DNA from: Bacilli bacterium
Lineage (GTDB): Bacteria; Bacillota_I; Bacilli_A; RFN20; CAG-826
Direction of reading: 5' to 3'
DNA length: 64,000 bases
Assembly: GCA_035353055.1 (NCBI GenBank)
Contig: DAOPYW010000001.1
Location: forward strand, 21,687-85,686
Within the stretch, counting starts at the first letter, position 1, and each line of letters opens with the position of its first letter. The position numbers and the translations under genes were made by a program. Of the stretch, positions 8,720-17,838 are shown piece after piece. The notes below the pieces were generated by a model, which saw only the letters and a program-made list of their open reading frames with translations, made no database searches and had not been told where the DNA came from.

Positions 8720-9910
8720 TTATTTCTTCTTTTCTTTTGGCTTAGCTTCAGAAGCCCGCATTAATGAGTCTTTTTTTAGCTTGCGATTCAATTCATTGAT
8801 CAATAGTCTCGTGCGATTGTCTTCTTCGGCTTTTTCATAATCGAATAAAGATATTTGAATTGCCATGTCGCGAGGGTCAATCAAGTTTTGCAAAGTGATG
8901 CCCACCAGTCGCACATTTAAAGAGAGGAAGTTTTTTTCGTATAGTTTAACCGCGGTGCGATATATCGTCTGATAATCATTAGTTGGATTATCGAAGGTTA
9001 TCGACTTGTTGTGAACAACAAAACTAGCTTCTTTGACGACGATTTGAATGGTCGAGCCCATTTTGTTTTCCTTGATCGCTCGCGATGAAACTTCTTTCGC
9101 GAGTTGCTCAAACATATATTTAATTTCATTGAAATCATCAGTGTCGTGATAGAAGGTTGAAGAACTCCCGATAGATTTCTGCTCTTCCGGTTCAGAGATG
9201 ACGACATCTGACCCGCGGCCGTTGATCCAATCTTTAATGACGAGATAGAATTTGCCGAGGATATTCATTAAATCGCGGTCGTTGCTCTCGCAGCGAGCGG
9301 CTAAGTCTCCGATTGTGAGAATTCCGACACTCTTTAATCGCGGAGCAGTCTTTTTGCCGATGCCAAACATCTTTTCAAGCGGCAGTGGATATAAAATGTT
9401 GGGAATGTCTCTTTTGCGGATGAAAGTTAATCCCATAGGTTTTTGATAGTCGCTGCCCATCTTCGCTAAGAATTTCGTGCTCGCGACTCCGATTGAGCAT
9501 TTTAGTTGGGTCTTTTTATAGAGATCGTCCTGCATTTTTTTGAAAAAGGCGGGAACATCTTCGACTTTTTTTACCACTTCTGTGAAATCCGCAAAACACT
9601 CGTCTACAGAGGCGACTTCCACTATGGGGGTATAACTTTTCACAAATTTGATAAATAAGCGCGACAGGCCCATATAATAGCGAAAATCGACGGGTTTGAT
9701 GATTAATTGTGGGCACATCTCTTTAGCCATGAACATCGGCATGCCACTAGCGACGCCAAATTTGCGGGCTGCATAAGAGCATGTCGAAACAATGCCCGAG
9801 CGACCTTCGTGACCGATGGCGACAGGTTTTCCCTCTAGAGATGGGTCACGAATTTCTTCAGCGCGAGCAAAAAAGGCATTTAGATCAATATGAACGATAA
9901 CTTTGCCCAT
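8720..9910 (-). CDS. dinB: DNA polymerase IV (Y-family)
   Basis: The N-terminus VIVHIDLNAFFARAEE matches the Y-family polymerase palm motif, and the overall length fits. Confidence 0.85.
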   Translation of the reverse strand: MGKVIVHIDLNAFFARAEEIRDPSLEGKPVAIGHEGRSGIVSTCSYAARKFGVASGMPMFMAKEMCPQLIIKPVDFRYYMGLSRLFIKFVKSYTPIVEVASVDECFADFTEVVKKVEDVPAFFKKMQDDLYKKTQLKCSIGVASTKFLAKMGSDYQKPMGLTFIRKRDIPNILYPLPLEKMFGIGKKTAPRLKSVGILTIGDLAARCESNDRDLMNILGKFYLVIKDWINGRGSDVVISEPEEQKSIGSSSTFYHDTDDFNEIKYMFEQLAKEVSSRAIKENKMGSTIQIVVKEASFVVHNKSITFDNPTNDYQTIYRTAVKLYEKNFLSLNVRLVGITLQNLIDPRDMAIQISLFDYEKAEEDNRTRLLINELNRKLKKDSLMRASEAKPKEKKK

Positions 9911-9958
9911 TTCCGATATAAATATTGTAAATGATATATGAGATTATGTTAACCAAAA

Positions 9959-11809
9959 CTAAATAATTTTGATGACGTCTTCCGGCAGCAATGAAAACTC
10001 GGCTTTTTGCTCTTCAATGCAAGCGTGATTGACGAATACATTGGGAATAGCTTTGATCACAACTTGCCCAGCATAGCGATGCTTGAGCAATTCGGCGGCT
10101 AATGCTTGAGCGAATCCGCTTTCCGCAGCGTAAGGATCATAGATGACGATTTTCTCATAGCTTAATAAATCGATAATCGCATCTGAATCCATGGGTTTTT
10201 GATAGATAGCATTAAATAAAGTGACGGAAAGATCATTTTCCTTAATCAGCTCTTTGAGCTTTTCAATCTCGGGACCGACAGCTACGATGGCGATTTTGGA
10301 ACCAGTTAATTCTTTTATCCATTTCCCAAAGGGAATGGTGGCGATTTTCACGGGTGGCTGGTAGTGGAAAACTCTCTCGCGAGGGTAGCGAATGCAAAAA
10401 ACGCCATGATGATTAAATGATTCTTCCACCAAAGTGCGAGCTTGTTCTGGCGTGGCGGCCATGGTCACGACCGTATTGGGAATCCCCATCAAAAAAGCTT
10501 CATCAAAGATGCCTTGATGGGAATTGCCATCTTTGCCCACGAGCCCGCTGCGATCAATGAGCAGTGTGGCGTCGAGTTCAATTCTCGCTAAATCATGATT
10601 GACTTGGTCATAGGCTCTTTGTAAAAATGTTGAATAAATAGAAATGATGGGGTGGAAACCGCTAATTGAAAGACCTCCAGCCATCGTCACGGCGTGCTCT
10701 TCGGCTATGCCGACATCGATGCAGCGGTCCGGGAATTTCGCGAAGACTTCCGAAAGATGGCTTCCATAGCCAGTCGCAGGGACAATCGTCACAGCATCCT
10801 TATGCTCGCTCATTACTTCGATGAGATAATCATTAAAGATTTGCGACCATCCGACGCCATTTTCATATATTTGCTCGCCAGTTTCAGGATTGAAGACATG
10901 AACTCCATGCCACAATCCCTTATCATCATCTTCAGCGAGTTTATAGCCTTTTCCTTTTATTGTCTTTATAAAGACAACGACTGACTTATCGGTTCTCTTG
11001 GCTCTAATGAGGGCTTTTTCCATAGCTTTGATATTGTGGCCATCCACTGGGCCGATGACAGAGAAACCGAAGGAGTCAAAAATGTTTATTTTTAAAATGT
11101 GCCTTTTAAACCAGTTTTTCATCGCGACGCCGGAAGCATACATTTTGCGGCCGAGCTTAGTGCCGCACATTAATCTCTTGAAGAAGTGCTTGGATCGGCG
11201 ATAAAAAGAAGAGGTGGAAAAGCGACGAAATACTTTGGCCAAGCCGCCGACTGGTTTGGAAATTGACATATTGTTATCGTTTAAAACGATAATCATCTTG
11301 TGCTTGCTTGTCCCAGCATCATTGAGGCCTTCAAAGGCCAAGCCGTTGACAATTGAGGCGTCGCCGATAAAGGAAACAACATCATAATTCTCTTTTTTCA
11401 AGTCTCGAGCAGTCGCTAAACCCAGTCCAGCGCTGATCGAAGTTGAACTGTGCCCGGCTTCGAAGTGGTCATAGATTGATTCTTTGACATCTTGGTAGCC
11501 AGCGGTTCCATCTTTTTGTCTTAATCGTTCTAGAGAACGACCAGTCAATAATTTGTAGGTATAGCATTGATGCCCAACATCGAAAATTAATTTATCTTTG
11601 GCGAAGTTAAAGACACGGCATAGCGCAATCGTGGCATCCACGACTCCAAGATTTGATGACAAGTGACCACCGTTCTTTGCGGTGACGCGAATAATGTGCT
11701 TGGCGATGTCGTCGCTTAAGACATCTAGCTCTTGATAAGATAGGTCCTTCAAGAAATCTGGATTTCTAATGTTTGATAAATCAATGTGCTGTATATCTTT
11801 GGGTTTCAT
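9959..11809 (-). CDS. dxs: 1-deoxy-D-xylulose-5-phosphate synthase
   Basis: GGHLSSNLGVVDATIALCRVFN and DVGHQCYTYKLLTGR are the Dxs TPP-binding signatures. It is 616 aa. Confidence 0.9.
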   Translation of the reverse strand: MKPKDIQHIDLSNIRNPDFLKDLSYQELDVLSDDIAKHIIRVTAKNGGHLSSNLGVVDATIALCRVFNFAKDKLIFDVGHQCYTYKLLTGRSLERLRQKDGTAGYQDVKESIYDHFEAGHSSTSISAGLGLATARDLKKENYDVVSFIGDASIVNGLAFEGLNDAGTSKHKMIIVLNDNNMSISKPVGGLAKVFRRFSTSSFYRRSKHFFKRLMCGTKLGRKMYASGVAMKNWFKRHILKINIFDSFGFSVIGPVDGHNIKAMEKALIRAKRTDKSVVVFIKTIKGKGYKLAEDDDKGLWHGVHVFNPETGEQIYENGVGWSQIFNDYLIEVMSEHKDAVTIVPATGYGSHLSEVFAKFPDRCIDVGIAEEHAVTMAGGLSISGFHPIISIYSTFLQRAYDQVNHDLARIELDATLLIDRSGLVGKDGNSHQGIFDEAFLMGIPNTVVTMAATPEQARTLVEESFNHHGVFCIRYPRERVFHYQPPVKIATIPFGKWIKELTGSKIAIVAVGPEIEKLKELIKENDLSVTLFNAIYQKPMDSDAIIDLLSYEKIVIYDPYAAESGFAQALAAELLKHRYAGQVVIKAIPNVFVNHACIEEQKAEFSLLPEDVIKII

Positions 11810-11852
11810 TTATACTATTTTTCTACTAATTTTTAACTAGTGAAAATCATTT

Positions 11853-12047
11853 TTACTTGATATCCACTACTTTTTCTACTTTTGATTCTGCTTCTTCTAA
11901 TTCCTTATTGAGAGAAGCGATGATTTCTTGCCCTTCTTGGTATAATTTTAAGCTTTCTTCTAACGGGAGAGTCTTCGAAGATATCTTGGTGACAATAGCA
12001 TCAAGCCTTTTTAATTCATCTTCGAACTTAATTTTTGTTTCTTTCAT
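11853..12047 (-). CDS. xseB: Exodeoxyribonuclease VII small subunit
   Basis: It is 64 aa and begins MKETKIKFEDELKRLDAIV. The RBS GAGGAAG lies upstream of this ATG; the track start is a GTG further upstream. It overlaps the xseA 3' end. Confidence 0.8.
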   Translation of the reverse strand: MKETKIKFEDELKRLDAIVTKISSKTLPLEESLKLYQEGQEIIASLNKELEEAESKVEKVVDIK

Positions 12048-13188
12048 TTTCAACTTCCTCACTTTGGTTGACAGTGCTGATAATTCTTCCGTTTCGAACT
12101 ATCGTGGTTATCTTTTCATCTGGCTTGACTTTGCTGACATCATCCACCACTTGTCCATTTTGGTCCATAGTGATGGAATATCCTCTATTGAGGATGCTAG
12201 TTGGATTTAAGGCGGTTAGTTGCTCTTTCCGCCATTTGATTTCCTGCTTCAGATAAGTCAGTTTATCATTGAGAACATCTTTCAGCTCTTCGCTGGTATC
12301 AATGATATTCTCGCGCATATCGTTGAGTTTCTCAACTATTGCCATTTTCATATTTTCCAAATGGTTTTCAAATTCTTGCTCGATTTCTCGGCGATCAACA
12401 GTGGCTAATTCTGCCGCTCCTGTCGGTGTGCTCGCTCGCTTGTCAGCGACATAATCGACGAGAGTCGTGTCAATCTCATGGCCGACAGCGGAAATGACTG
12501 GCATGCGGCTATTAGCGACAGCTCTGACGATTTTTTCATCGTTGAAAGCGCTAAGGTCTTCGCTTGAACCTCCTCCGCGACCGATGATTAATGTATCCAA
12601 AGGATACTTTTGCGATTCTTCGAAGGCTTTTAAAATTTCCTTAACGGCGTTATCTCCTTGCACAGAGCAATAGAAGACATAGATGTCCGCGATGGGATAT
12701 CTGCGCTTGATATTAGTGAGTATATCCTTGATAGCAGCGCTATTTGGGGCGGTGATGACGCCAATTGAACTAGGGTAGATGTTTATCTCTCTTTTGCGAG
12801 AAGCGTCGAAGAGGCCCTCGGATTGGAGCTTCTTTTTGAGCTTCTCTAATTCGATGAGAATCGCTCCTGCCCCAACTTGTTCCATCTCGTAGCAAAGAAG
12901 CTGATAAGTCCCTTTCACGGCGTAGACATCTAGCGAAGCTAATACGATGACCTCATCGCCATTTTTTGGGACAAAATTTAACCGTTGAGCGGATGAAGAG
13001 AACATCACCGCTCCAATTAGGGATTTGTCGTCTTTTAAAGAAAAATAAAGATGCCCTGCCGCACCATTTTTGAAGTTGGAGATCTCTCCTTTAACTAGTA
13101 TGTATTTTAATCCCGCATCTTGGGATAAGACAGATTTGACATATTGATTGATATCGTTTACGGAGTAAATAGTTCTCTCGTAATTCAT
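12028..13188 (-). CDS. xseA: Exodeoxyribonuclease VII large subunit
   Basis: An OB-fold N-terminus is followed by the catalytic core. It sits between nusB and xseB as in Bacillus. Confidence 0.8.
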   Translation of the reverse strand: MNYERTIYSVNDINQYVKSVLSQDAGLKYILVKGEISNFKNGAAGHLYFSLKDDKSLIGAVMFSSSAQRLNFVPKNGDEVIVLASLDVYAVKGTYQLLCYEMEQVGAGAILIELEKLKKKLQSEGLFDASRKREINIYPSSIGVITAPNSAAIKDILTNIKRRYPIADIYVFYCSVQGDNAVKEILKAFEESQKYPLDTLIIGRGGGSSEDLSAFNDEKIVRAVANSRMPVISAVGHEIDTTLVDYVADKRASTPTGAAELATVDRREIEQEFENHLENMKMAIVEKLNDMRENIIDTSEELKDVLNDKLTYLKQEIKWRKEQLTALNPTSILNRGYSITMDQNGQVVDDVSKVKPDEKITTIVRNGRIISTVNQSEEVENERNKN

Positions 13189-13604
13189 TTTTTGAGGACT
13201 CCATCTAAGATCGCGTTGATAAATTGAGCCTGCTTCACATCGATGTATTTTTTTGCCAGAGTGACAGCGATATCGATGATGACACTCTTGTCGGTTTTAT
13301 CGACGAAATAGTAGTGAGCGTAGGACATTAATAGAATCGCTTGAGTGAGGAGGGGAAGCCTCTCCCATTTCCAGCTCTTCAAGCAGGGAGAAAAAGCTTC
13401 GCGGATGACGCCGTATTTAGTGAGCGATTCGATGACGACGCTTTTGATGAAGTCATCGACCGCATCATAGGGTTCTCCCACCATCTCGCTGATCAATTCG
13501 CGAGCGTCGCGCTCAATTTCCGTGTTGTTAGACGAAAAATCGACCAGTTCATCATAAATGATGGTCATGATAATAAAATGCTGTTGATTTCTTGATAATT
13601 CCAT
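13185..13604 (-). CDS. nusB: Transcription antitermination factor NusB
   Basis: It is 139 aa with a NusB-like helical pattern. It is flanked by asp23 and xseA as in B. subtilis (yqhY-nusB-folD-xseA), but there is no folD here. Confidence 0.7.
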   Translation of the reverse strand: MELSRNQQHFIIMTIIYDELVDFSSNNTEIERDARELISEMVGEPYDAVDDFIKSVVIESLTKYGVIREAFSPCLKSWKWERLPLLTQAILLMSYAHYYFVDKTDKSVIIDIAVTLAKKYIDVKQAQFINAILDGVLKK

Positions 13605-13607
13605 AAA

Positions 13608-13946
13608 TTAAATGATAGAAACTACGCGGACTTGCACATCAAAAGGAATCTGCTCGGTCGAGATCATAAAGACGTTGTTTATCTCATCTTGAATCAAGCG
13701 AGAGACTTCTTGAATATTAGTTCCTTTCACCACATCGACAGCGATGCTGACGTGGACGATGCCACCGCGAATTGTCGTGTTGACTGGGGTGTTTAAGCGG
13801 AACAAGGAATAACCTTTATTTTTCTTGCTGATATTGATTCCGGGAATGCGCCCGATTGCCTCAGCGGCCAATCGATTAAAGGTGCGATATGAAATCGCTA
13901 GCTTGCCTCTTTTGAGATAATCATTGATGTAAATGTAGTCAGCCAT
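13608..13946 (-). CDS. Asp23/Gls24-family envelope stress protein
   Basis: It is 112 aa and shows the alternating hydrophobic pattern of the Asp23 family. Its position matches B. subtilis yqhY. Confidence 0.65.
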   Translation of the reverse strand: MADYIYINDYLKRGKLAISYRTFNRLAAEAIGRIPGINISKKNKGYSLFRLNTPVNTTIRGGIVHVSIAVDVVKGTNIQEVSRLIQDEINNVFMISTEQIPFDVQVRVVSII

Positions 13947-14005
13947 AGTTCTTACGTATAAATATATATGAAATATATGAAACGTGCAATTATTACGAGT
14001 TGAAG

Positions 14006-14035
14006 AAACAAAAAAGGCAACATTTGCGTTGCCTT
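14006..14035 (-). terminator. Rho-independent terminator of tkt
   Basis: On the minus strand the hairpin AAGGCAACGCAAATGTTGCCTT is followed by TTTTTTG. Confidence 0.7.
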
Positions 14036-14055
14036 ATTGTAATCGTTATCGAATT

Positions 14056-16032
14056 CTATCCAATGATGTCTGAGCACATCTTCACGAGGTGATCAGCAGT
14101 GAAATCAAATTTCTTGATCACATCTCCAGCTGGGGCGCTAGCACCAAAGGTGTCGATGCCCATGTGATAATGCGCATATCGATCCCAACCAAAGGTAGAT
14201 AGCATTTCAATCGAGACTCTCTTTTCCAAAGGAAGAGGGAGAATGCCCTTTTGATATTCTTTGCCTTGCTGTTCAAATAATTCCCAAGATGGCATCGAGA
14301 CCACGCGGACATCGTGCCCGCCTTCTCTCAGCTTTTTCTGAGCTTCGATGGCGAGAGAGACTTCAGAGCCGGTAGCGATGAGGATTAGTTCCGCTTCTTT
14401 TTGCTCGCCGCTGACGACGTAGGCACCCTTGCTCAATCCTTCCGCGCTGCTCTTCTCTAACAAGGGGAGATTCTGGCGGGATAAAATCAGAGCTGTTGGG
14501 GCTTTTTTGCTCGCCAATGCCTGATACCAAGCAGCGTAAGTTTCGCGCTCATCGCAGGGGCGAATAACGCGCAAATTGGGGATGCTGCGGAGCATAGCTA
14601 ATTGCTCGACTGGTTGATGAGTCGGTCCATCTTCTCCGACAGCGATTGAGTCGTGCGAGAACAAGTAGATGGCGGGCAAATGGCTGATGGCCGCCATGCG
14701 AATCGCGGCTTTCATATAATCAGCAAAGACTAGGAAGCAGCCGACATAAGTTCTCAGACCACCATGCAGTAGCATACCGTTTTGAGCGGAAGACATCGCG
14801 AACTCGCGAATGCCCCAGTTCATGTTGTGGCCTTGTCGGGAATCGGGAGTAAAGTTGACTCCGCCTTCTAATTTGGTCATCACCGAGCTGGCGACGTCGG
14901 CTGATCCACCGATGAGATTAGGCAAAGAGAGCATATAAGCATTCAAGGCTTTGCCTGAAGCCACGCGGCTGGAGGTTGAGGAACCCGCCACAAAATCAGG
15001 CATTACCTTCGGAAGATAGTTTTCCACGCTCAAATCGATCAAATATTGAAAGCGGTCAGCATACTCAGGGTGTTTTTCCGCATACTTTTTCAGAGCAGAC
15101 TGATTTTCGCCGTAGGCTTTTTCGCCTCGAGCGACAAAGGTCTCAGCAAAATGCTGGCGAACTTCTTCGGGAATGAAGAAATCTGGATAATCAAAACCGT
15201 AGACTTCAGTTTTGGCATAATGGCCATCTTCGATGCCTAATGGGCTTCCGTGCACTGAGTGAGTGCCTTGTTTCTTGGAGCCATAGCCAATAACGGTATG
15301 GACGATGATCATAGTCGGTTTTTCTTTTGACTTTTTCGCTTCGATGATGGCTTTGTCAATAGCTTCAATGTCATTGCCATCTTTGACTTCTAGAACATTC
15401 CATTCAGAAGCGAGCAAGCGGTTTTTAACAGTTTCAGAAAAGGATAATTCAAGCGCACCATCAAGTGTAACTTGATTGGCATCGTAGAATAAAATGAGCT
15501 TATTTAACTTTTGATGACCAGCGAGAGAGATCGCTTCCTGCGATAAGCCCTCCTGCAAGCATCCGTCTCCGCATAATGCATAGACATAATGATCATGGAT
15601 GGACTTTCCATCAGGATAATTGGCTTGAACGCTCTGCTCTGCCATTGCCATACCCACTGCTTGAGCAATGCCCTGACCTAAAGGTCCACTAGTAGCATCG
15701 ACACCAGCAGTCCAGCGATATTCTGGATGTCCAGGAGTCAAGGAGTCAATCTGGCGGAACTTCTGTAATTCCTCCATTGGCAAGTCGTAACCCGAGAGAT
15801 GCAAAAGAGCATACAGCAAAGCTGAGGCGTGGCCAGCGCTCAATACAAAGCGATCGCGATTAAACCAAGATGGCTCATGAGGATTGGCTACCAAGTGTCT
15901 CGTCCACAAAGTGTAGAGAATGGGAGCGCTTCCAAGCGCCATGCCAGGGTGGCCTGATTTGGCTTTATTAATCTCGTCGATGCATAGAGATCTAATCGTT
16001 GCCACTGCTAATTCATCAATTTTTTTATTCAT
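14056..16032 (-). CDS. tkt: Transketolase
   Basis: KSGHPGMALGSAPILYTLW is the transketolase N-terminal TPP motif. It is 658 aa. Confidence 0.9.
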   Translation of the reverse strand: MNKKIDELAVATIRSLCIDEINKAKSGHPGMALGSAPILYTLWTRHLVANPHEPSWFNRDRFVLSAGHASALLYALLHLSGYDLPMEELQKFRQIDSLTPGHPEYRWTAGVDATSGPLGQGIAQAVGMAMAEQSVQANYPDGKSIHDHYVYALCGDGCLQEGLSQEAISLAGHQKLNKLILFYDANQVTLDGALELSFSETVKNRLLASEWNVLEVKDGNDIEAIDKAIIEAKKSKEKPTMIIVHTVIGYGSKKQGTHSVHGSPLGIEDGHYAKTEVYGFDYPDFFIPEEVRQHFAETFVARGEKAYGENQSALKKYAEKHPEYADRFQYLIDLSVENYLPKVMPDFVAGSSTSSRVASGKALNAYMLSLPNLIGGSADVASSVMTKLEGGVNFTPDSRQGHNMNWGIREFAMSSAQNGMLLHGGLRTYVGCFLVFADYMKAAIRMAAISHLPAIYLFSHDSIAVGEDGPTHQPVEQLAMLRSIPNLRVIRPCDERETYAAWYQALASKKAPTALILSRQNLPLLEKSSAEGLSKGAYVVSGEQKEAELILIATGSEVSLAIEAQKKLREGGHDVRVVSMPSWELFEQQGKEYQKGILPLPLEKRVSIEMLSTFGWDRYAHYHMGIDTFGASAPAGDVIKKFDFTADHLVKMCSDIIG

Positions 16033-16047
16033 TTTATTTCCTCCATA

Positions 16048-16075
16048 TTAGTAGTTTTTTAGTATTTTTATAGTT
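16048..16075 (+). repeat. TTAGTA/TAGT direct repeats at 11-bp spacing immediately upstream of the tkt RBS
   Basis: TTAGTA occurs at 16048 and 16059, with TAGT at 16071. The block is ATATTAGTAGTTTTTTAGTA. Confidence 0.6.
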
Positions 16076-16101
16076 TTTATTATAAACAAAGTTTATAAAT
16101 G

Positions 16102-17838
16102 CTATTTTTCCTCTTTGACAAGAGAGATGCCTAATTCCCTGAGCTGGTCGTCAGAGACTTCCGTTGGAGCACCAGTCATAGGGCAGACTGCCGATAAGTT
16201 CTTTGGGAAAGCAATGACATCGCGAATATTGTCGGTGTCACCGAGAATCATCGCTAGTCGGTCGAGGCCGAAAGCCATGCCTCCGTGCGGGGGTGTGCCA
16301 TATTGCAATGCCTCGATAAAGTAGCCAAACTTCGCTTTGACTTCTTCATCGCTTAAGCCGAGAATATTGAAGATTTTCTTTTGGACATTTTGATCAAAGA
16401 TACGAAGGGTGCCACCACCAGCTTCATAGCCGTTGATAACGATATCGTAAGCATAGCTTAAAAGCTTGGTAGGATCAGTATCTAAATAATGTAAGTCTTC
16501 ATCTTTGGGGCGAGTGAATGGGTGATGGCTGGCCACCATCTTGTTGGATTCAATATCCCTTTCGAACATCGGGAAGTCCACGACCCATAGCAAATCAAAG
16601 GTATGAGGTTTGACGAGCTTCAATTGGCGGCCGTAGCTCAAGCGAATAGCTCCTAACAAGGGGCTGACGCGGTTTGTTGGACCCGAGGCGAGAATAAAGA
16701 TATCGCCTGATTGAGCATTAAACTCACTGACGAGCAATTTCTTTTCTTCTTCAGAGACGAACTTAGCAAAAGAACCGAGCAATTCACCATTTTCGTATTT
16801 TAAAACGCTGACTCCACCCAATCCGAATTTTTTAGCTTCAAGGTTAAGCGTATCAATGACTTTTCTTGTCGTCACTTCGCTCACTTGATTGACGCAGATG
16901 CCTTTCACGCATTCCGCCTTTTGAAATGGCTCAAATGATGAGTTTTTAAAAACTTTAGTTTTTAAATCATGGAGTTCAATCCCGAAGCGGGTATCGGGTT
17001 TATCACTGCCAAAGCGATCCATGGCCTCGCGATAGGTCATCTGTCTGAGAGGCAGCTGAACATCATAGCCAATGCAGTTATGGAAAATCTCTTTGATGAG
17101 CCCTTCCATCATATGCAAGAATTCATCTTGGTCTAAGAAACTGGTCTCAATATCGATTTGAGTAAAATCTGGCTGGCGATCAGCGCGCAAATCTTCGTCT
17201 CTGAAGCAGCGAGCGATTTGATAGTATCTTTCAAAGCCTCCCACCATCAGCATTTGCTTGAACATTTGCGGTGATTGAGGAAGAGCGTAAAAATTTCCGT
17301 GATGAATGCGCGAAGGAACTAGATATTCTTTGGCACCTTCGGGAGAAGAAGCGCAGAGCATAGGCGTTTCAATTTCAATGAAGCGATTCTTATGCAAGTA
17401 ACTATGAGCAGTGATTTTAATCTGATCGCGAATATCGAAATACTTTTGCATGCAAGGGCGACGCAAGTCGAGATAGCGATATTTCAAACGAGTGTCCTCT
17501 AAAGCATCGGTTTCATCTGCGATGATCATCGGAGTGATTTTAGCAGTATTGATGACTTTGATTTCATCGGCTAAAATTTCAATTTCTCCTGTCTTCATCT
17601 TGGGATTTGGTGTCTCTCTTTTAGCCACCACGCCTTTGACTTGTATAACGTACTCGTTGCGCACATCAGGAATTTTGTCAGCGTCTTTGACCATGATTTG
17701 GATCAAGCCGGACCGATCGCGAAGATCGATAAAAAGAATTGAGCCTAAATTTCTTCTTTTGCTGACCCACCCTACAAGGGTGACTGATTGATTAAGGTTT
17801 GAGATTGATAAATCTGTATTCCAACATGTTCTCTCCAT
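16102..17838 (-). CDS. aspS: Aspartate--tRNA ligase
   Basis: The N-terminal anticodon-binding OB fold (VTLVGWV…RDRSGLIQI) and class II motifs are present. It is translationally coupled to hisS (ATGA overlap). Confidence 0.9.
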   Translation of the reverse strand: MERTCWNTDLSISNLNQSVTLVGWVSKRRNLGSILFIDLRDRSGLIQIMVKDADKIPDVRNEYVIQVKGVVAKRETPNPKMKTGEIEILADEIKVINTAKITPMIIADETDALEDTRLKYRYLDLRRPCMQKYFDIRDQIKITAHSYLHKNRFIEIETPMLCASSPEGAKEYLVPSRIHHGNFYALPQSPQMFKQMLMVGGFERYYQIARCFRDEDLRADRQPDFTQIDIETSFLDQDEFLHMMEGLIKEIFHNCIGYDVQLPLRQMTYREAMDRFGSDKPDTRFGIELHDLKTKVFKNSSFEPFQKAECVKGICVNQVSEVTTRKVIDTLNLEAKKFGLGGVSVLKYENGELLGSFAKFVSEEEKKLLVSEFNAQSGDIFILASGPTNRVSPLLGAIRLSYGRQLKLVKPHTFDLLWVVDFPMFERDIESNKMVASHHPFTRPKDEDLHYLDTDPTKLLSYAYDIVINGYEAGGGTLRIFDQNVQKKIFNILGLSDEEVKAKFGYFIEALQYGTPPHGGMAFGLDRLAMILGDTDNIRDVIAFPKNLSAVCPMTGAPTEVSDDQLRELGISLVKEEK

